Part shown: one piece after another, positions 39,881 through 53,555 of the stretch
Position numbering within the stretch: position 1 is the stretch's first letter
Layout: each line of letters starts with the position of its first letter
Assembly: GCF_009914755.1 (NCBI RefSeq)
Contig: NC_060946.1
DNA: 64,000 nucleotides
Strand: one strand, 5' to 3'
DNA from: the human T2T-CHM13v2.0 reference genome, Homo sapiens
Translations under genes and position numbers: made by a program
The notes under the pieces: generated by a model
Told to the model about the DNA's origin: nothing
Seen by the model: the letters and a program-made list of their open reading frames with translations, nothing else
Databases searched by the model: none

Positions 39881-41414
39881 ATAGTTATCTCCAAAATTTA
39901 GCACATCAAAATTCCTTGGAAGCTTTTCTAGCCCATTGATTCTTAGTGAGTAAGATCCCCAGGTGATCCTGATGCAGGTGTTTTGCAGACCACACTCTGA
40001 CAAACTCCACCTGAACCTTGCTGAGACATGTTTGGGGGGACTTTTATTTTTGCAGCATCCTTTGGTTGATCATTGTCCTTAGGAATGTGACAGTGCTCAG
40101 AGAAGAATCAACATGGGGCTGGGGGAGTGCCAGGGTAGCAGTTACTTACACATGAACTTTTTGTTTGCGAAAGTTTCAGGTTTTATTTTCAAGGGCATGA
40201 CTTCATCTTCTATAAATGTGGGATAGACTGGGGTCTGTCATTTTCTTACTGAGGACCAAATCTCTGCACAGATCCAGAACCCAGATTTTGATTTCTAGTT
40301 AAATGCTCTGTCCAGGGTGAGTCATTTCCTGAAAGCCTACCACGTGGCAGATACTTTGCTGGATACTGGGGATGCAGAAATGAATCCACCAAGATCTTTA
40401 GCCTCCAGGAGCTCAATGTCAAAACCACATTCACCTCTCTGTTCTGCGTTTGTTGGGCTGACACTCTATAAAGCATTAATCATCTTGTTCAACTGTCTCC
40501 TCTTTTCTACCTTCTCTTATTGCAGACTTCTGCCTGTGTAAACTTTGCTGAGAATTTGAGCAGAAATAGTAAATAATGAAGCTCCAGAGGGTTGCACTAA
40601 TTTCCCAGACATTTAATCAATACGGAGCTGCCCTGTTCATTACAGCTGTCAGAAATATGCAAAATCGTCCATCTGGTCCTCTCAGGTACAAAGCTCTGAG
40701 CTGGAGTCACCAGTTGCCTGCTTAATTACCACGCCCCATTTTCCCTCATTCTGCGGCCTCTCCATTAACCACCAGCTACCAGCTCAAGTATAAAGGCAAA
40801 CAATAAATATTTGAAATGGCATTACCTAGTCTGGGGTCTTTAACACTGGTTGAGTTGGGTCTCTAGATGAGGAATACAGGTGGAGTTTTGTGGAAGAGCA
40901 GCCTCCCCCAGCTTCTCCCTTGCACCACGACTTTGCCCAGTCTGCAACCTCCTTCCTTCTGAGGCCACTCCCTGCCCCTCAAATATTTAGACCTGTTAAA
41001 AACCATTGGGGGGAAAAATGATCTATACAAAAGCTTTGCATAAAAAAGTGATCAATGCAAATTCCTCTGAAGAAATTGCTTCAACAGATGGAAACGGCCC
41101 ATTTGCAACAAATGCCTCTGGCTGTGCAGATGGTAATTATGGGATGTATGTAAACATGCAAGCTCTGGCAAGCAGAGCAAACTGCACTGCTGAACTTAGC
41201 CTGCATCAGGGCTGCCTGCCCTGGCACTGCCCCTTCCCTGACTGGCCCATAGGCCAGGAGTTCAAGAGGATGGATGGTGGTTTGGAATTCCAGGACCTAT
41301 TAACCTCTATTTAATTACAGGTCTTTCTGAAAAGGTCCCTGTGAGGCAATCCATACATTCTCTAATCTCTGGGTGGACCCAGGCTATGGCATGGCCCCTT
41401 GGAAGAAAGAAATC

Positions 41415-41622
41415 AACAGATATTGAGCTCTCACTGTATGCTAGGCACTGTGCTGTTAATTTTGAATGTATTATTTTGTTTAATCTACATAAAGACTCTG
41501 GGAGGTTAGCCTTATTACATCATCATGATCACCACCATTTTGCGAATGGGGAAATGAAGGCTTGGAGACCAGGTGAAGTGATTATTTTCAAGATCACAAA
41601 GTTAGGAAGTAAGGGGACCAAG
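41415..41622 (-). mobile_element. MIR SINE, continued after the MLT1 at ~42120-42165
   Basis: tattgagctctcactgtatgctaggcactgtgct...caagatcaca. Confidence 0.75.
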
Positions 41623-42112
41623 ATGTATCAGTTAGCTGTTGCTGAGTAACAAACAACCCCAAAGTTCAGTGGCTTTGAACAACAAGCATTTGTTATTGCC
41701 TACAAGTCTACGGGTCAACTGGGCAGTTTTAGTAGTCTGGGCTGGACTCAGCTAATCATGACTGGGCTTATTCATGCAAAAAGATGGATTTGCATAAGTC
41801 TGGTGGTTGGCTGACTATTGGACCAGGATGATGGAAATGTAGGGCCATGTGTCTCTAATTCACTAAGAGATCATGGTAGATGAGCAAGTTCCAAGAGAAA
41901 TAGCAGAAACTCACAAGGACTTTTAGGGCCCAGGCTTGGAAAAGGCACCGGATCCACTGCACACATTCTGTGGGTAAAGTAAGTGACACTGCCAATACAA
42001 ATTGAAGAGTTGGAGACAGACACAACTATCTAATAGAGGGAACTGAAAAGACACATTGCAAATGGCAAGGACACAGGAAGGTAGGGAAAACTTGGGCCAG
42101 TTTTGCAAGCAA
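41623..42112 (-). mobile_element. MaLR solo LTR (MLT1H-like)
   Basis: tgtatcagttagctgttgctgagtaacaaacaaccccaaa...gggccagttttgcaa. Confidence 0.8.
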
Positions 42113-43389
42113 ATAAATCAAATAAGACTTGAACTTAGAGTCCTCTGGCTCTAAGTTCAAATGTTCCAAGGCCAGCCATGATGGCCCATCATCCTAGAGA
42201 TGACTTAGCCCTTCTTTTCCTTCTCACCCTGACTCTGTCTTGTCTGCATGTAAGTCTTAGCTCATCTCTTCTTTCTCCCAGTGATTCTCACTCCCACTCT
42301 CAGCCTCCCTTCCTTGGACATCTGAATTAGATGGCATTTTGAGCAGGAAGGGAGGAGTTGGCTCATTTGAGCTCTGTTTCTATCTCCATTTGTTTCTATA
42401 CCCTTTTGGGTCTCAGACAATCCCTCATCCTCCCTGAGCCTCAGTGTTGCCATCTGTACAATATGTAAGATGGAGAAGATTCTATTTGAGATTGCTTCCA
42501 GGCAAATTCTTCATGATTCTATGAGTAGTAAGTGGTTCCCTAGCCCTAGTGGTCTAGCTCATGCCTGTACCTGTCCTGAAATTACCACCATCCTAGTCTC
42601 TACTTTAGGGAAATATCTGGCCTCCAGAAAATCTATATTGGATAATTTATATGTATAAAGCTTTGTCACTGGGAGTCAGCATAGTGTCATGGACTTAGTT
42701 CTGGAATGAGATAGGCCTTGGTCCAGGCAAGCTTCTTCAGGCAATCTCCTGGCTACATGACCTTGGGTAAATCACTTGTTTTTTCCTCCATCAGGCCAGC
42801 CTGGGCTTGTTCTCATGGTGCATGGTCCATGGTGCATGGACTCTCTCTCTAGAGTCCAAGAGAGAGAAGAATTGCAAGAGGCCCTTTGAGATACCAGCTT
42901 GGAAACAGCACAGTATCTCTGTTCCCATATTCTCTGAGCTTCTGTTTCTTCATCTGCTCGCAAGGTTACTGTTCATTAAATAGCACATAGTAGAGGCTTA
43001 ACAAATGTTAGTTACTATTCACTTATTTTATTTGTGCCATAGAACTCTTTTTTCTAGACATTATCTCATTAAAGTCCATGATACAAGACAGGTGGATATT
43101 TTTATAGATTTATTTCACTTATGGATGAAGAAATGGAGACCTTAAGAGAGGGTGTGACTTGTTCAAGACAACACAGAATGTCAGCAGCAAAGCTGGGGTT
43201 GGCCTCTTGACCCACAGTCCGGTGCTCATTTCATGGTAACTCATCAGACCCGTCCCTCTCTTTCCCACTTATTATTCTGGTGTCCAGAGTACTCAACTTT
43301 GGCTTATCATGAGGATGGAGTGGGGAGCCTTGGGAGTGGAAGGGCTGAAAGGGAAGAAGCATGGTCAGGAAGAAGCAATGAGCTTGGGC

Positions 43390-43562
43390 TCAGGTGATAC
43401 ATAGACTTAGGTGTGCATGCCAGATCTGCCATTACCTGACTTAGTGACTTCACCTCTCTGAGCCTCAGTTTCATTGTGTGTAAAATAAGACCACTGCCAA
43501 GATTAAATGAGATAAAGCTCATATAGGAGGTAACACATGGTAGGTACTTAATACATCGTAGT
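43390..43562 (+). mobile_element. MIR SINE
   Basis: tgacttcacctctctgagcctcagtttc...gattaaatgagataa. Confidence 0.8.
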
Positions 43563-43636
43563 TCCCATTTTTCTAGCAATAGTTGCCAAAATACTGTGTT
43601 GTAGGGGGATGGTAGGGGAGTGCTTCAGGAGAGTAT

Positions 43637-43978
43637 ATGTAATGATCTCACTGCCACTGTGTCTTTGCTTGTCCTGGGTGTGAGTCCTGGATTCCACTCC
43701 TGGAAATGCCAATTGCACTTCAAGATTTGATCTCAGAGGACCCAGAGTCTCCAGGACCTGTTTGTGACATGAGCTTTATAACTTGTCTTGCAATATTCTC
43801 CTTAATGATGATGATGACAACATTTCACATTGAGCAAACATTGAATCATTTCATTCACTCATTCAACAAGTATATTCTCTTCTGTGTCAAGCACAGGAGA
43901 TACATACGGATATATAAGATAGGGTCCCAGTCCTCCCAGGTTGCAGGCTACAGAGGGACATAGTCATGCAAACAGACA
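43637..43978 (+). repeat. local direct duplication, copy 1 (paralogue of 45211-45550)
   Basis: ~340 bp, ~92% identity by hand alignment. Confidence 0.95.
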
Positions 43979-44408
43979 AGTTTTAAAGCTTTAAGGTGTA
44001 TCTAATCTTTCAGTAAAATATACATCCCAGAGTCCTGCCACTGGAGTCTGATTCAAGAGGTCTGGGGCCTGCATTTCTGAATAAGTGTTCTTTAGGCCAC
44101 AGTTCCAGAATCATTGGCTCAGATAACAGGGTTCTAAACATTTTAGAGTTTTATGCAATCCTTCGTGTACCTCTTGAGAGCTTCTCATATCCATTATTTT
44201 ACTCCCAGTCACTTCCAATACTTCCTTTCACCACATGGCCTTTGTACTCACTGCTCTGTCTGCCAGGGAGTCCCTTCCTTCCCCTCTTCCTTTAGTCCTA
44301 ATCCCTTCTCAGCCCTAGTCCTCAGAGATGCCGTTCCCCATCTATCAGACCAGGCCAACTACTGTGACTCCATCTTAACCTCTCTCCTTAGTGGGGATAT
44401 GATATATA

Positions 44409-44815
44409 CAGTTACCCACTGCATAACAAAATAGCGGTCAACAATGGACCACATATATGATTGTGGTCCCATAAGATTATAATGGAATATATATAGAAAC
44501 CTGATGAATAGCATTTGATATTGACATTGCAGATCAAGTAGGAAAAATGACTGATATTCAGTAATGGTGCTGAAACATTTGGTTTTCCATATGAAAAAAA
44601 TATTAAGTTGGTGTAAAAGTAATCATGGTTTTTGCCATTACTTTTAAGGCAAAACCACAATTATTTTGCACCAACCTAATATGTAAATAAAAACATGCAA
44701 AAATATTAATACCATCTAGGTTTGTGTAAGTACCCCATGATGTTCGCACGATGATGAAATCGCCTAATGACACATTTCTCAAAATGTATCCCTGTTGTTA
44801 AATGACGCATGACTG
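44409..44815 (+). mobile_element. Tigger3a (MER7A), TcMar-Tigger MITE
   Basis: cag...tggtcccataagattataatgga...ctaggtttgtgtaagtac...gacgcatgactg; TA TSD on both sides. Confidence 0.9.
44603..44679. mobile_element. MADE1 (Hsmar1-derived MITE) nested in Tigger3a
   Basis: ttaagttggtgtaaaagtaat...ttttgcaccaacctaa, palindromic, TA TSD. Confidence 0.92.
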
Positions 44816-45210
44816 TATTTACATGTTGTTTGATGAAGGTTTGTCTTCCTGCTCTAGAGCCGTAATCCTTGTGAGGGCAGGAAGTCCATTTGTTTTGTTC
44901 ATCTCTGTGTCCAGTGTCCTGTGATTGTTGAATAAATTGCTGAGCAAGGCAATGAATCATCCAGGATGCTCAAAGACCCCCTGAAATATATTCATAGGCC
45001 CCAAGTTAAACTTCGGTTAGAGGTATCACCCACTCCCTTCTGCCCCTTTAAGCTCTTTCTGTTTGCCAGTATGAATGGGTGGGAGAAAACACAGCTAATC
45101 TCTCTCATCTTTAGTGACCAGAACAAGGAGAAGATTTGGAAGTACCTAGGAGGCAATGTAGACCTTTCTAACTAGTAGAGATGCTTCCAGGTGGAGCTGG
45201 CTGTCTCATA

Positions 45211-45550
45211 ATGTAGTGATCTCACTGCCACTGTGTCTTTGCTTGTCCTGGGTGTGAGTCCTGGATTCCACTCCTGGAAATGCCAGTTGCACTTCAGGAT
45301 TTGATCTCAGAGGACCCAGAATCTCCAGGACCTGTTTGTGACATGAGCTTCATAACTTGTCTTTCAATATCCCCCTTAATGATGATGATGACAATGTTTC
45401 ACACTAAGAAAACATTGAATCATTTCATTCACTCATTCAACAAGCATATTCTCCTCTGCCGATCACAGGAGGTATATAGGGATAAATAAGATAGGGCCCC
45501 AGTCCTCCCAGGTTGCAGGCTGCAGAGGGACATAGTTATGGAAACAGACA
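45211..45550 (+). repeat. local direct duplication, copy 2 (contiguous with L2)
   Basis: matches 43637-43978; the L2 (minus) beginning ~45420 continues to ~45810 only in this copy. Confidence 0.95.
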
Positions 45551-46234
45551 GTGAAAGTTCAGTGTGATCAATTCCAGGATTTTCATAGAACCCGGAGGCA
45601 TAAAAGCACAGAGAAGGCGTTGAACACTGTTAAGGGATTAGGGAGGACTGCCTGGAGGAGGAATGACTTGAGCTGCGCCTTGAAGGAAAGTAGAAATTAG
45701 CCAAGCAAGTCTGAGGTGGAAAAATGGGAAGCAGCATTCCAGGTGGAGCAGTCAAAGCACAACCATGAAACTGGTAAAGAGCATGTGGTGTTCTGGGAGC
45801 TGAAAGGCATCAGTGAAAAGGTGGGAGGATGTGTGACTTTGAGAGCTCCTTCAGGCAGCCGCAGTGGAGATGGCAGGCAGGGGCCAGGAGAGAGAGAAAA
45901 ACCAGTTAGGAGAGAGACTGAGACAGAGGCGGATGGTGGCAGTGAGGCCTAGAGAACCAACCAGACCCAGGGAATGTTACTGGGGGTTGATTCCATGGGG
46001 CTGGCTTCTTACAGGAAGCAGGTGAGGCAGAAGAAGGAGGTTGTCCAAGTTTCTGGTTTGAGGGTGGTTCCCTTCTTGGGAAGAGAAATGCACTTGGAGA
46101 GGGATGACAGGTTGTCATTGCAAGCTCTGGAACTGAGAGCAGCAAGCCATGACCTCCATGCCTATCATGAGCACCTTTGTGCATCCGTGAAAAGCAACTT
46201 TTAGGAAGAAGCTCTTGATCACCAAGGCATTGTC

Positions 46235-46420
46235 CTCAGTGCTTTGCAGGGAGAGGTCATCAAATCAATGCTCTGAGTAGGAATTGCTCCTAACTTCACT
46301 TTTCACCTGAGGAAGCTGTGGCACAGAGAGGCTAAGTAACTTGCCAGAGATCACACAGTCAGCCAAAGGCAGAGCTGGGAGGTGAGCTTGGGCAGTTCTG
46401 TGCCACAGTTTATGTACTGT
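46235..46420 (-). mobile_element. MIR SINE
   Basis: gaggaagctgtggcacagagaggctaagtaacttgcc...tcacacag. Confidence 0.75.
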
Positions 46421-46479
46421 GATAATTCTACATGCACACATGCTTGGAAACAAACAGGCTGAATGTGACGTCATGCATT

Positions 46480-46851
46480 AGTAGAGGCCCATCAACCCAA
46501 GTAAGTTGGCCCAGAGGAATGGTGGAAAATGGAAGGCCCCTGGCTGTATACGGCCAGCAGATGTGATGACATTTTATTAATGTAGAGTTGTGAAAATTCT
46601 GAAGTCTCATATCTAAATTGTACTCCTCTTTAAAAATTAGATCTGGTGACACCAGGCTGACATCCCTGCATGACATCAGACTTCCTGCCTTGGCAGGAAG
46701 AAAAGGGTAGTGCTGCCTTCTTTCAATGAGACTTGTATTGCCCATTGTGCCCCAGTCTCCATCATTCCCTATTTCTCTTCACCTGGCCCACCTCGCTCCC
46801 TCATGTGCACCTCTGTCCAGCCCCTGTAGGTATTTGAGTCTGTAGCCCCTG
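46480..46851. mobile_element. MER102-like hAT-Charlie element
   Basis: terminus cccctgtaggtatttgagtctgtagcccctg; internal aaaattagatctgg. Confidence 0.6.
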
Positions 46852-47764
46852 AACTCAGAACCTCTCTGGCACTAAAATTATTTGGATCTGTTCTATCTCA
46901 ACAGCTCTGTGAAGAAGATAGTATTATCACACACCAATTTTACTGGTAAGGAGACTGAAGCTTATAGAGTAGAAGGGACATGTTTAAAGCCTCAAACCTC
47001 CTGAGTCTGGCCTGGAGACAGAACCCATGACTTTTAACATCCAACCCTCTATGGAGAGGTTAGAGGCCTAGGCTAGGACCCCAAGCCAGAGCCAAAACCT
47101 CTCCCCAAGGCCTGGCCAGGTACTTTTTCCCCTGATTCTGTTTCTTCATCCTTCAGACACTGCAAGGAAGCCAGATTTCTCCCCCTGCTGCCTTCAGCTC
47201 CCCCACTCACCCCCGCATTGATCTCCAGCTTTACGAGGGTGACGGGCCATACCTTTTAATTGCATTATTACATCTTTATGGTCTGATCATTGAGCTGGGC
47301 AGCCAGGTGCTGGAATTTATATGCGGAACTGAAACGTTTACTGGAATCATATTGATAAAGGCATATTGTGAAAAGGCCTGTGGCTCTTAAGAAGAGACTG
47401 GGGTTCTCAGGAGACAGGGAGAAGGCAGGTCAGAATACTCCCAAGGAGAGAGTTGGTCACTTGTGAGATATGAGGGCAGGGCCTCCCCTCATGCCCTTCC
47501 CAACCCTTAAATATTTCCTCTTTCATCTGCCTGTTAGGAGCTGGGTAGGAAAGAAGAAATGCCTGCAAAAGGTACAGAGAAAGGGACTAGGAGATTTCTG
47601 AAGGGCAGCAGGATTCCAGGTTCATGGACTAGTTGGGATGGCAAACACAGGGATTGCCCCTGTTGACATGAGGGAGGGCCCTTCAGGTAGAGGCTTGGTA
47701 TGAACAAAACATACAGCAGGGGCCACGAAAGGACATAATGGACTTTGCTTGGAGCAAGCTCTAC

Positions 47765-48736
<972 letters not shown>

Positions 48737-49399
48737 ATAAATATTTGTTTAATGAGCTCAAGAATGGATTTGGTTGGAGCCAGGTCCTGGGGTGGGGGTA
48801 AGGGAGATCTTCCATGTTGCTCTGGAAGCTGAAGCATGCGCCCTGAGCTCTGATTTCCACCCGGCATGAAACTATGTGTTAGCAGAGTCCTTACCCACGT
48901 CTAAGGCAATCAGCATGCCTTCTCGGAGCTCTGAATTAGTAATATCACGCGCCATGGAGTCAACCCTAAATGGAGAATTTAGAAGAGGAATAGCTCAGGG
49001 GTTAATTTGAATGTATTTCCGTGTCTCAAAATCAGCACATTGTAGGAAAAAGGGATCTGCTTAGCATAGTAAATGGCATTTGATGCGTAGCCTCTTTCTT
49101 TAAGTATGATCTGGGTCGTCTGTCTTTTTGATTTTGAGATGATTGTGGTACCCAGTTGAAGGGTGATTTGATGTTAATTGGTGGCAACTAATTAGACCCA
49201 GTTTGTGAACTCTCCCAGGCTATAAGCCATGGATGCTTTGGCTCAATGTTATAACAATCACTGTCCTTCTTTAAAATGGTTCTCTCTTTGATGAGAAACA
49301 CTGGCATACAGCTAAATGAACCTCCAGAGATCTCTCCTAAAGAGGGGCAGAGTGGATGGTATTTTAAGGCTGGGATCCCAAGTTGGAAGGGTCAGATTA

Positions 49400-49600
49400 C
49401 AAAGTTTAGGCCAGATGTCTCTGGGTTCAAATCCTGGTTTAGCCACTCAATAGCTGTGTGGCCTTGGGCAAGTCCATGACCATGCTGCGCTTTAGTTTCC
49501 TCATCTGTGTAATAGGTAGGTTACAGTTTTATTCCCAAAGTTCTTGGGAGGCTTACATTAAATAACTAGAGAAGGGAGATTGAGTGCCTTTTATTTAACA
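49400..49600 (+). mobile_element. MIR SINE
   Basis: ctgggttcaaatcctgg...agctgtgtggccttgggcaagt...agtttcctcatctgt. Confidence 0.85.
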
Positions 49601-50401
49601 GTAACTGTGGCTAAGTATATCCCAGTTGCTTCATAGGGACATTTGAAGATTCTCAAAAAGTATCCGTTAGGTGGGTATCTGAATGTAAGAGTTATTGTTG
49701 AGTGAATGGATGCAATTCAGAAATTATAGGAACGGACCACGTGTCCAACGAAGAAGATGGCAGGACTCGGTATTAAAAGTATAAAGACTGTTCATGAAAA
49801 ATTCCAAAGTTTCAGAACTTGAAGGGGTCTCTAAGAGCCTTCTCGTTTTGAAGGTGAGTAGAATCAAGTCCTAGGGAGGGGAAAGTGATGGGGCCATGGA
49901 CGCACAGTGAGTGGAGGACAGAGTTGAAGTTGGAACTAAGGTGCCCTCTACCCACAATGTCCCCAACTCAGCCTCTTCACAGGTGCACATGGGAGAGACA
50001 GGGGCAGAGTCTAGAGCTGTGGTTCAAATGTTGGGTGGGGAAAATAAACAACACTCAGAGACTCCTTCTCAGCATCCACTAAAGGCCTGGGAACTCCCCA
50101 TAGTAGAAGACGAACAAGGACAAACCTCATGGGTGTCAAGGAGATACGAGAAAAGGAAGGCACCATAATTAGTAACCATCAGCAATAGATTGTGTTGGGG
50201 TGAGCATTGAGATGTCTATTGATCAAAGATGTAAACACAAATTGCTGTCAAGTTTCCCTTCACCCTGGGTCAATATGCTTCACATACAAACAATCCAGAA
50301 GCTGTTCTTGATACTGGAGATGTCTTAATCAGGGTGGCCAGGAGAGCTTGCATCCCTCAGAGATGTCGCTGCGTTGTGAGCTAGTCTAGTATAGATGCTT
50401 T

Positions 50402-50930
50402 TTTCATTCCTTCATCCATTTGTTTATTTAACGTATCCTAAATGCTTACTACATGTCAAGCTTCTTGGAGGCGCTGGGATAGAGCAATGAACAGGAAGGC
50501 AATCCTTGCCCTGATAGTGCTCACAAAATAGACAAATAAATAAAGGGGATAATTTCAGATGGTGATGAATGCTGTGAAGAAAGTCACATAAGGGTAGGGG
50601 GATAGAGAATGAGGAGATGGTGTCTTGCTGAGATGAGGTGACTGGGGAAGGCCTCTCTGAGAGATGATGACATCTGTGCTAAGACACCAATGAATCAAAG
50701 GAGCTAACCTCATGATCCAGAGTGAAGGGTGCTCCAGGGAGAGGGAACAGTGTATGCAAAGGCCCTGAGGTGGGAATGAGCATGGGATGTTGGAGGAACA
50801 TAAAGGAGGCTGGAGAAGAGTAGAGTGGCAGGAGATGAGGTCAGAGAGGTGAGCAGGGACCAGGTCACGCAGTCACATCTTCCAGGGTAAGGAGGTGGAT
50901 TTCATCTAAGTGATGAGGCCATTAGAGAAG
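50402..50930 (-). mobile_element. L2 LINE fragment
   Basis: gggaaggcctctctgag...gggaacagtgtatgcaaaggccctgaggtgggaatgagc. Confidence 0.85.
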
Positions 50931-51934
50931 GATCAGCTGTCCCCTTTCAGTGTGAGCACCTCAGCAGTGAAGCATTCACCTAGAGTAAGGGACAGGCTCC
51001 TGGTTGGAGTCCTGCAGGCATGGCCTGGGCTGAGCATGAAAACTTGGGCAAGGTCCTCCCCACAGTGAGACCCCCATTTCCTTATTCACAACATGCAGGA
51101 CTTGGGCTCATGAATCCCCAGCTCTATCATTCTGGCATTTTTTTTTTTTCAAGAAGATGAGGTACAAATATGCCATTCATTCACATGTGGGAAAACCCTG
51201 GCCACTGGGTCGCAAGGCTCTAGTGACCACATGCATGGGTGGCAGGTAACCACACTGAGTGCAGGAAGCCCGGCAGAAAATCCAAGGAGCATCCAAGGGC
51301 ATCCTTGAGTTCAAGGTCACCTCCTCACTCAGCCCTGGGTGTCCTTCTGTTTGACCTCCATATATCTCAGATGCCAATGTGACCTGGGAAAGCTGGTTTG
51401 ACCCATCACCCTTTGGGGTCTAAACTGGATTCCTGGCCTGTACAGGCCCATAGCACTCTGAAGATACAGGTTCCTCTGGGTAATGTAGAATAAGCTGAGC
51501 TCCTTCCTCAGTTCCTATGTCTGTGGGATGAGGGAGGCAGTGATTACAGTAGAGAGGAGGAAAAGCAACATTCTGAAAAGTGCTTGCTTGAGAAGGGCTC
51601 CACCTGCAAATGCAGGTCCTGGGCCCATGTGTTTCCAGGTCCATGCTGATAAGTGTGGGTGCATGCCTGTGTGAGGCTTCCTGGGCGTATGTGAGTGTGA
51701 ATGTAAGTACCAAGCAGGCAGGGGCTGTGTTCCATTTCATTCACTGCCGATTCCCTAGCACCTGGCGCGTGGTGAGTAATCGATAAACATTTGTAGAGTG
51801 AATGAATAAATGTGTGTTCATGTGTAAAAGTTAAAGTTATCTGTTTTCTAACTTGACAATCTGTTATTTGAGCTTTCTGTCCAGGAAATACATTGAGAAA
51901 ATACTTGGCATCACTATCTACACCCACCGTTTCT

Positions 51935-52675
51935 TTTTTTTATTTATTTTTAAATCTTTATCGACGAACAACGTGCATGTGGGAAAGTGTAGACATCAAT
52001 GTGTGCGTCTTGATGAATTTTCACAAAATGAACTCCCACGTAATCGACACCCAGATTAAGAATCAGAATGTTCCCAGCGCCCAGTTCAGTTACTATCCTT
52101 CATGGATAGCCATTATTCTGTCCTCTAGCAACATAGACTAGTTCTGCCTGCCTTTGCACTTTATGTAAATGAAATTGCACAACAGGTTCTTGTGTGTGTT
52201 TTCTCCTTTCACTCAATATTATGTTTGTGAAAATCACCCACGTTTCACAGGGAAGTTATAGACAGCTGATTTTCATTCTTACACAGCAGGAGTCGGTAAG
52301 TTTGTTCTGGAAAGGGCCAATTCTGCTGTTGTAGTACAAAAGCTGCCATCAGCAATATATAAATGAATGAACCCGGCTGTGTCTGATAAAGCTTTATTTA
52401 CAAAACAGGAGGTGGCTGGATTTGGCCACCGGCTGGATTTGCCAAGCCTGTGATATGGTACACCTTTCTGGGAATATGGCACAATGTATCCACTTAACTG
52501 CTGATGGACATTTGGGTAGTTCTCAGTTTCAGGGATTAGAGGAATGCACCCAGAACATTCTCACACATGTCTTTCAGTGCACATATGCAGTCATTTTTGT
52601 CAGGTGTGTACCTAATGTGGGATCTCTGGGTTATGGTGTTGGCACCTGTTCAGGTTTAGGAGTTACTGTCAAACA
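51935..52675 (-). mobile_element. old L1 3' fragment (L1MC/ME class) interrupted by MER58A
   Basis: ttgatgaattttcacaaaatgaac...cccagattaagaatcagaa...ctgctgatggacatttgggt. Confidence 0.8.
52286..52452. mobile_element. MER58A, internally deleted
   Basis: caggagtcggtaag...aaagctttatttacaaaacagg...ggatttggcc. Confidence 0.75.
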
Positions 52676-53269
52676 AGCAATTACAACACTGCTGGTTCTT
52701 AATTAGGTGAGCTTTTGTGTTTTCATATGATGCAACTGTTTCCTTTACTTTGTGCTGTCCTGCTGGTTGGTACCTTGCACTGCTTGTTACTGTCACCAGG
52801 AATTGCCCTCAGAGGTTGCAACTTCATCAGAGGCATGCTGGGAGGGTAGCCAGCAGCTCTTGAAACATGGCTGATCCTTAATGCAATCTGGAATCAAGGC
52901 ATAGGCAACTCAATAACTCAAAGGAGTAAACTGTGATGAGAGTTATTTACAAGTAAACTCTTCTCTCTGGTGTATTAACATATCCTGTCACTTCGCCTTC
53001 CATTGCCTTTACCACCACAACCCACCTTGCATGGCAAGCAAAGGAGGCCTTCCAGATAAAATGAAAGACTGGGTCTTTACCAGTTCTGCTTGGAAATAGC
53101 CACTCACTTCTGTTCCTAAACAAGCTTACCAGTTTAGTGAACCATATGTTTCTTTGAGAATCTTCTCTTTGAAGACCTTTGAGCCATTCAGCCCAAAAAG
53201 CCAACTGATATGACTCTGGATTTTTGTAAGCACCAGTCATCATCATACCTGCACCATGGTAGCTAGCAC

Positions 53270-53555
53270 CATGCAACATGATGGCTGAACAAGCACACAC
53301 CTGAGTTCAAATTATGCCTGTTATCATAACTTCCTCTGGCTTCAGGCACGTTATTGAACCTTTCTGTGATTCAACTGCTGGGCATCATTTCATCTAATCC
53401 CTCCAGTGACAATATTGAAGGAGGTACTGTCATTATGCTCACTTTAAAGATCAGGAAACTGAGGCTTAGAGATGTCAAGGTCTTGCTTGAGTACATACCC
53501 ACATCTGCATCCTGAAATCTAACTTTAGAGACTATCTGTGGCTCTTAAGCACTGG
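53270..53555. mobile_element. two adjacent, opposed MIR fragments
   Basis: cctgagttcaaat (+) followed by aggaaactgaggcttagagatgtcaag (-). Confidence 0.65.

Larger units (their letters stand above)
44200..44960 (+). mobile_element. L2 fragment interrupted by Tigger3a
   Basis: ggcctttgtactcactgctc...ccttgtgagggcagg...tgttttgttcatctctgtgtcc. Confidence 0.6.

Noticed and set aside
43706-45489. Two paralogous short ORFs (MPIALQDLISEDPESPG / MPVALQDLISEDPESPG)
   Set aside because: A by-product of the DNA duplication; they run into L2 sequence, shift frame and show many replacement changes
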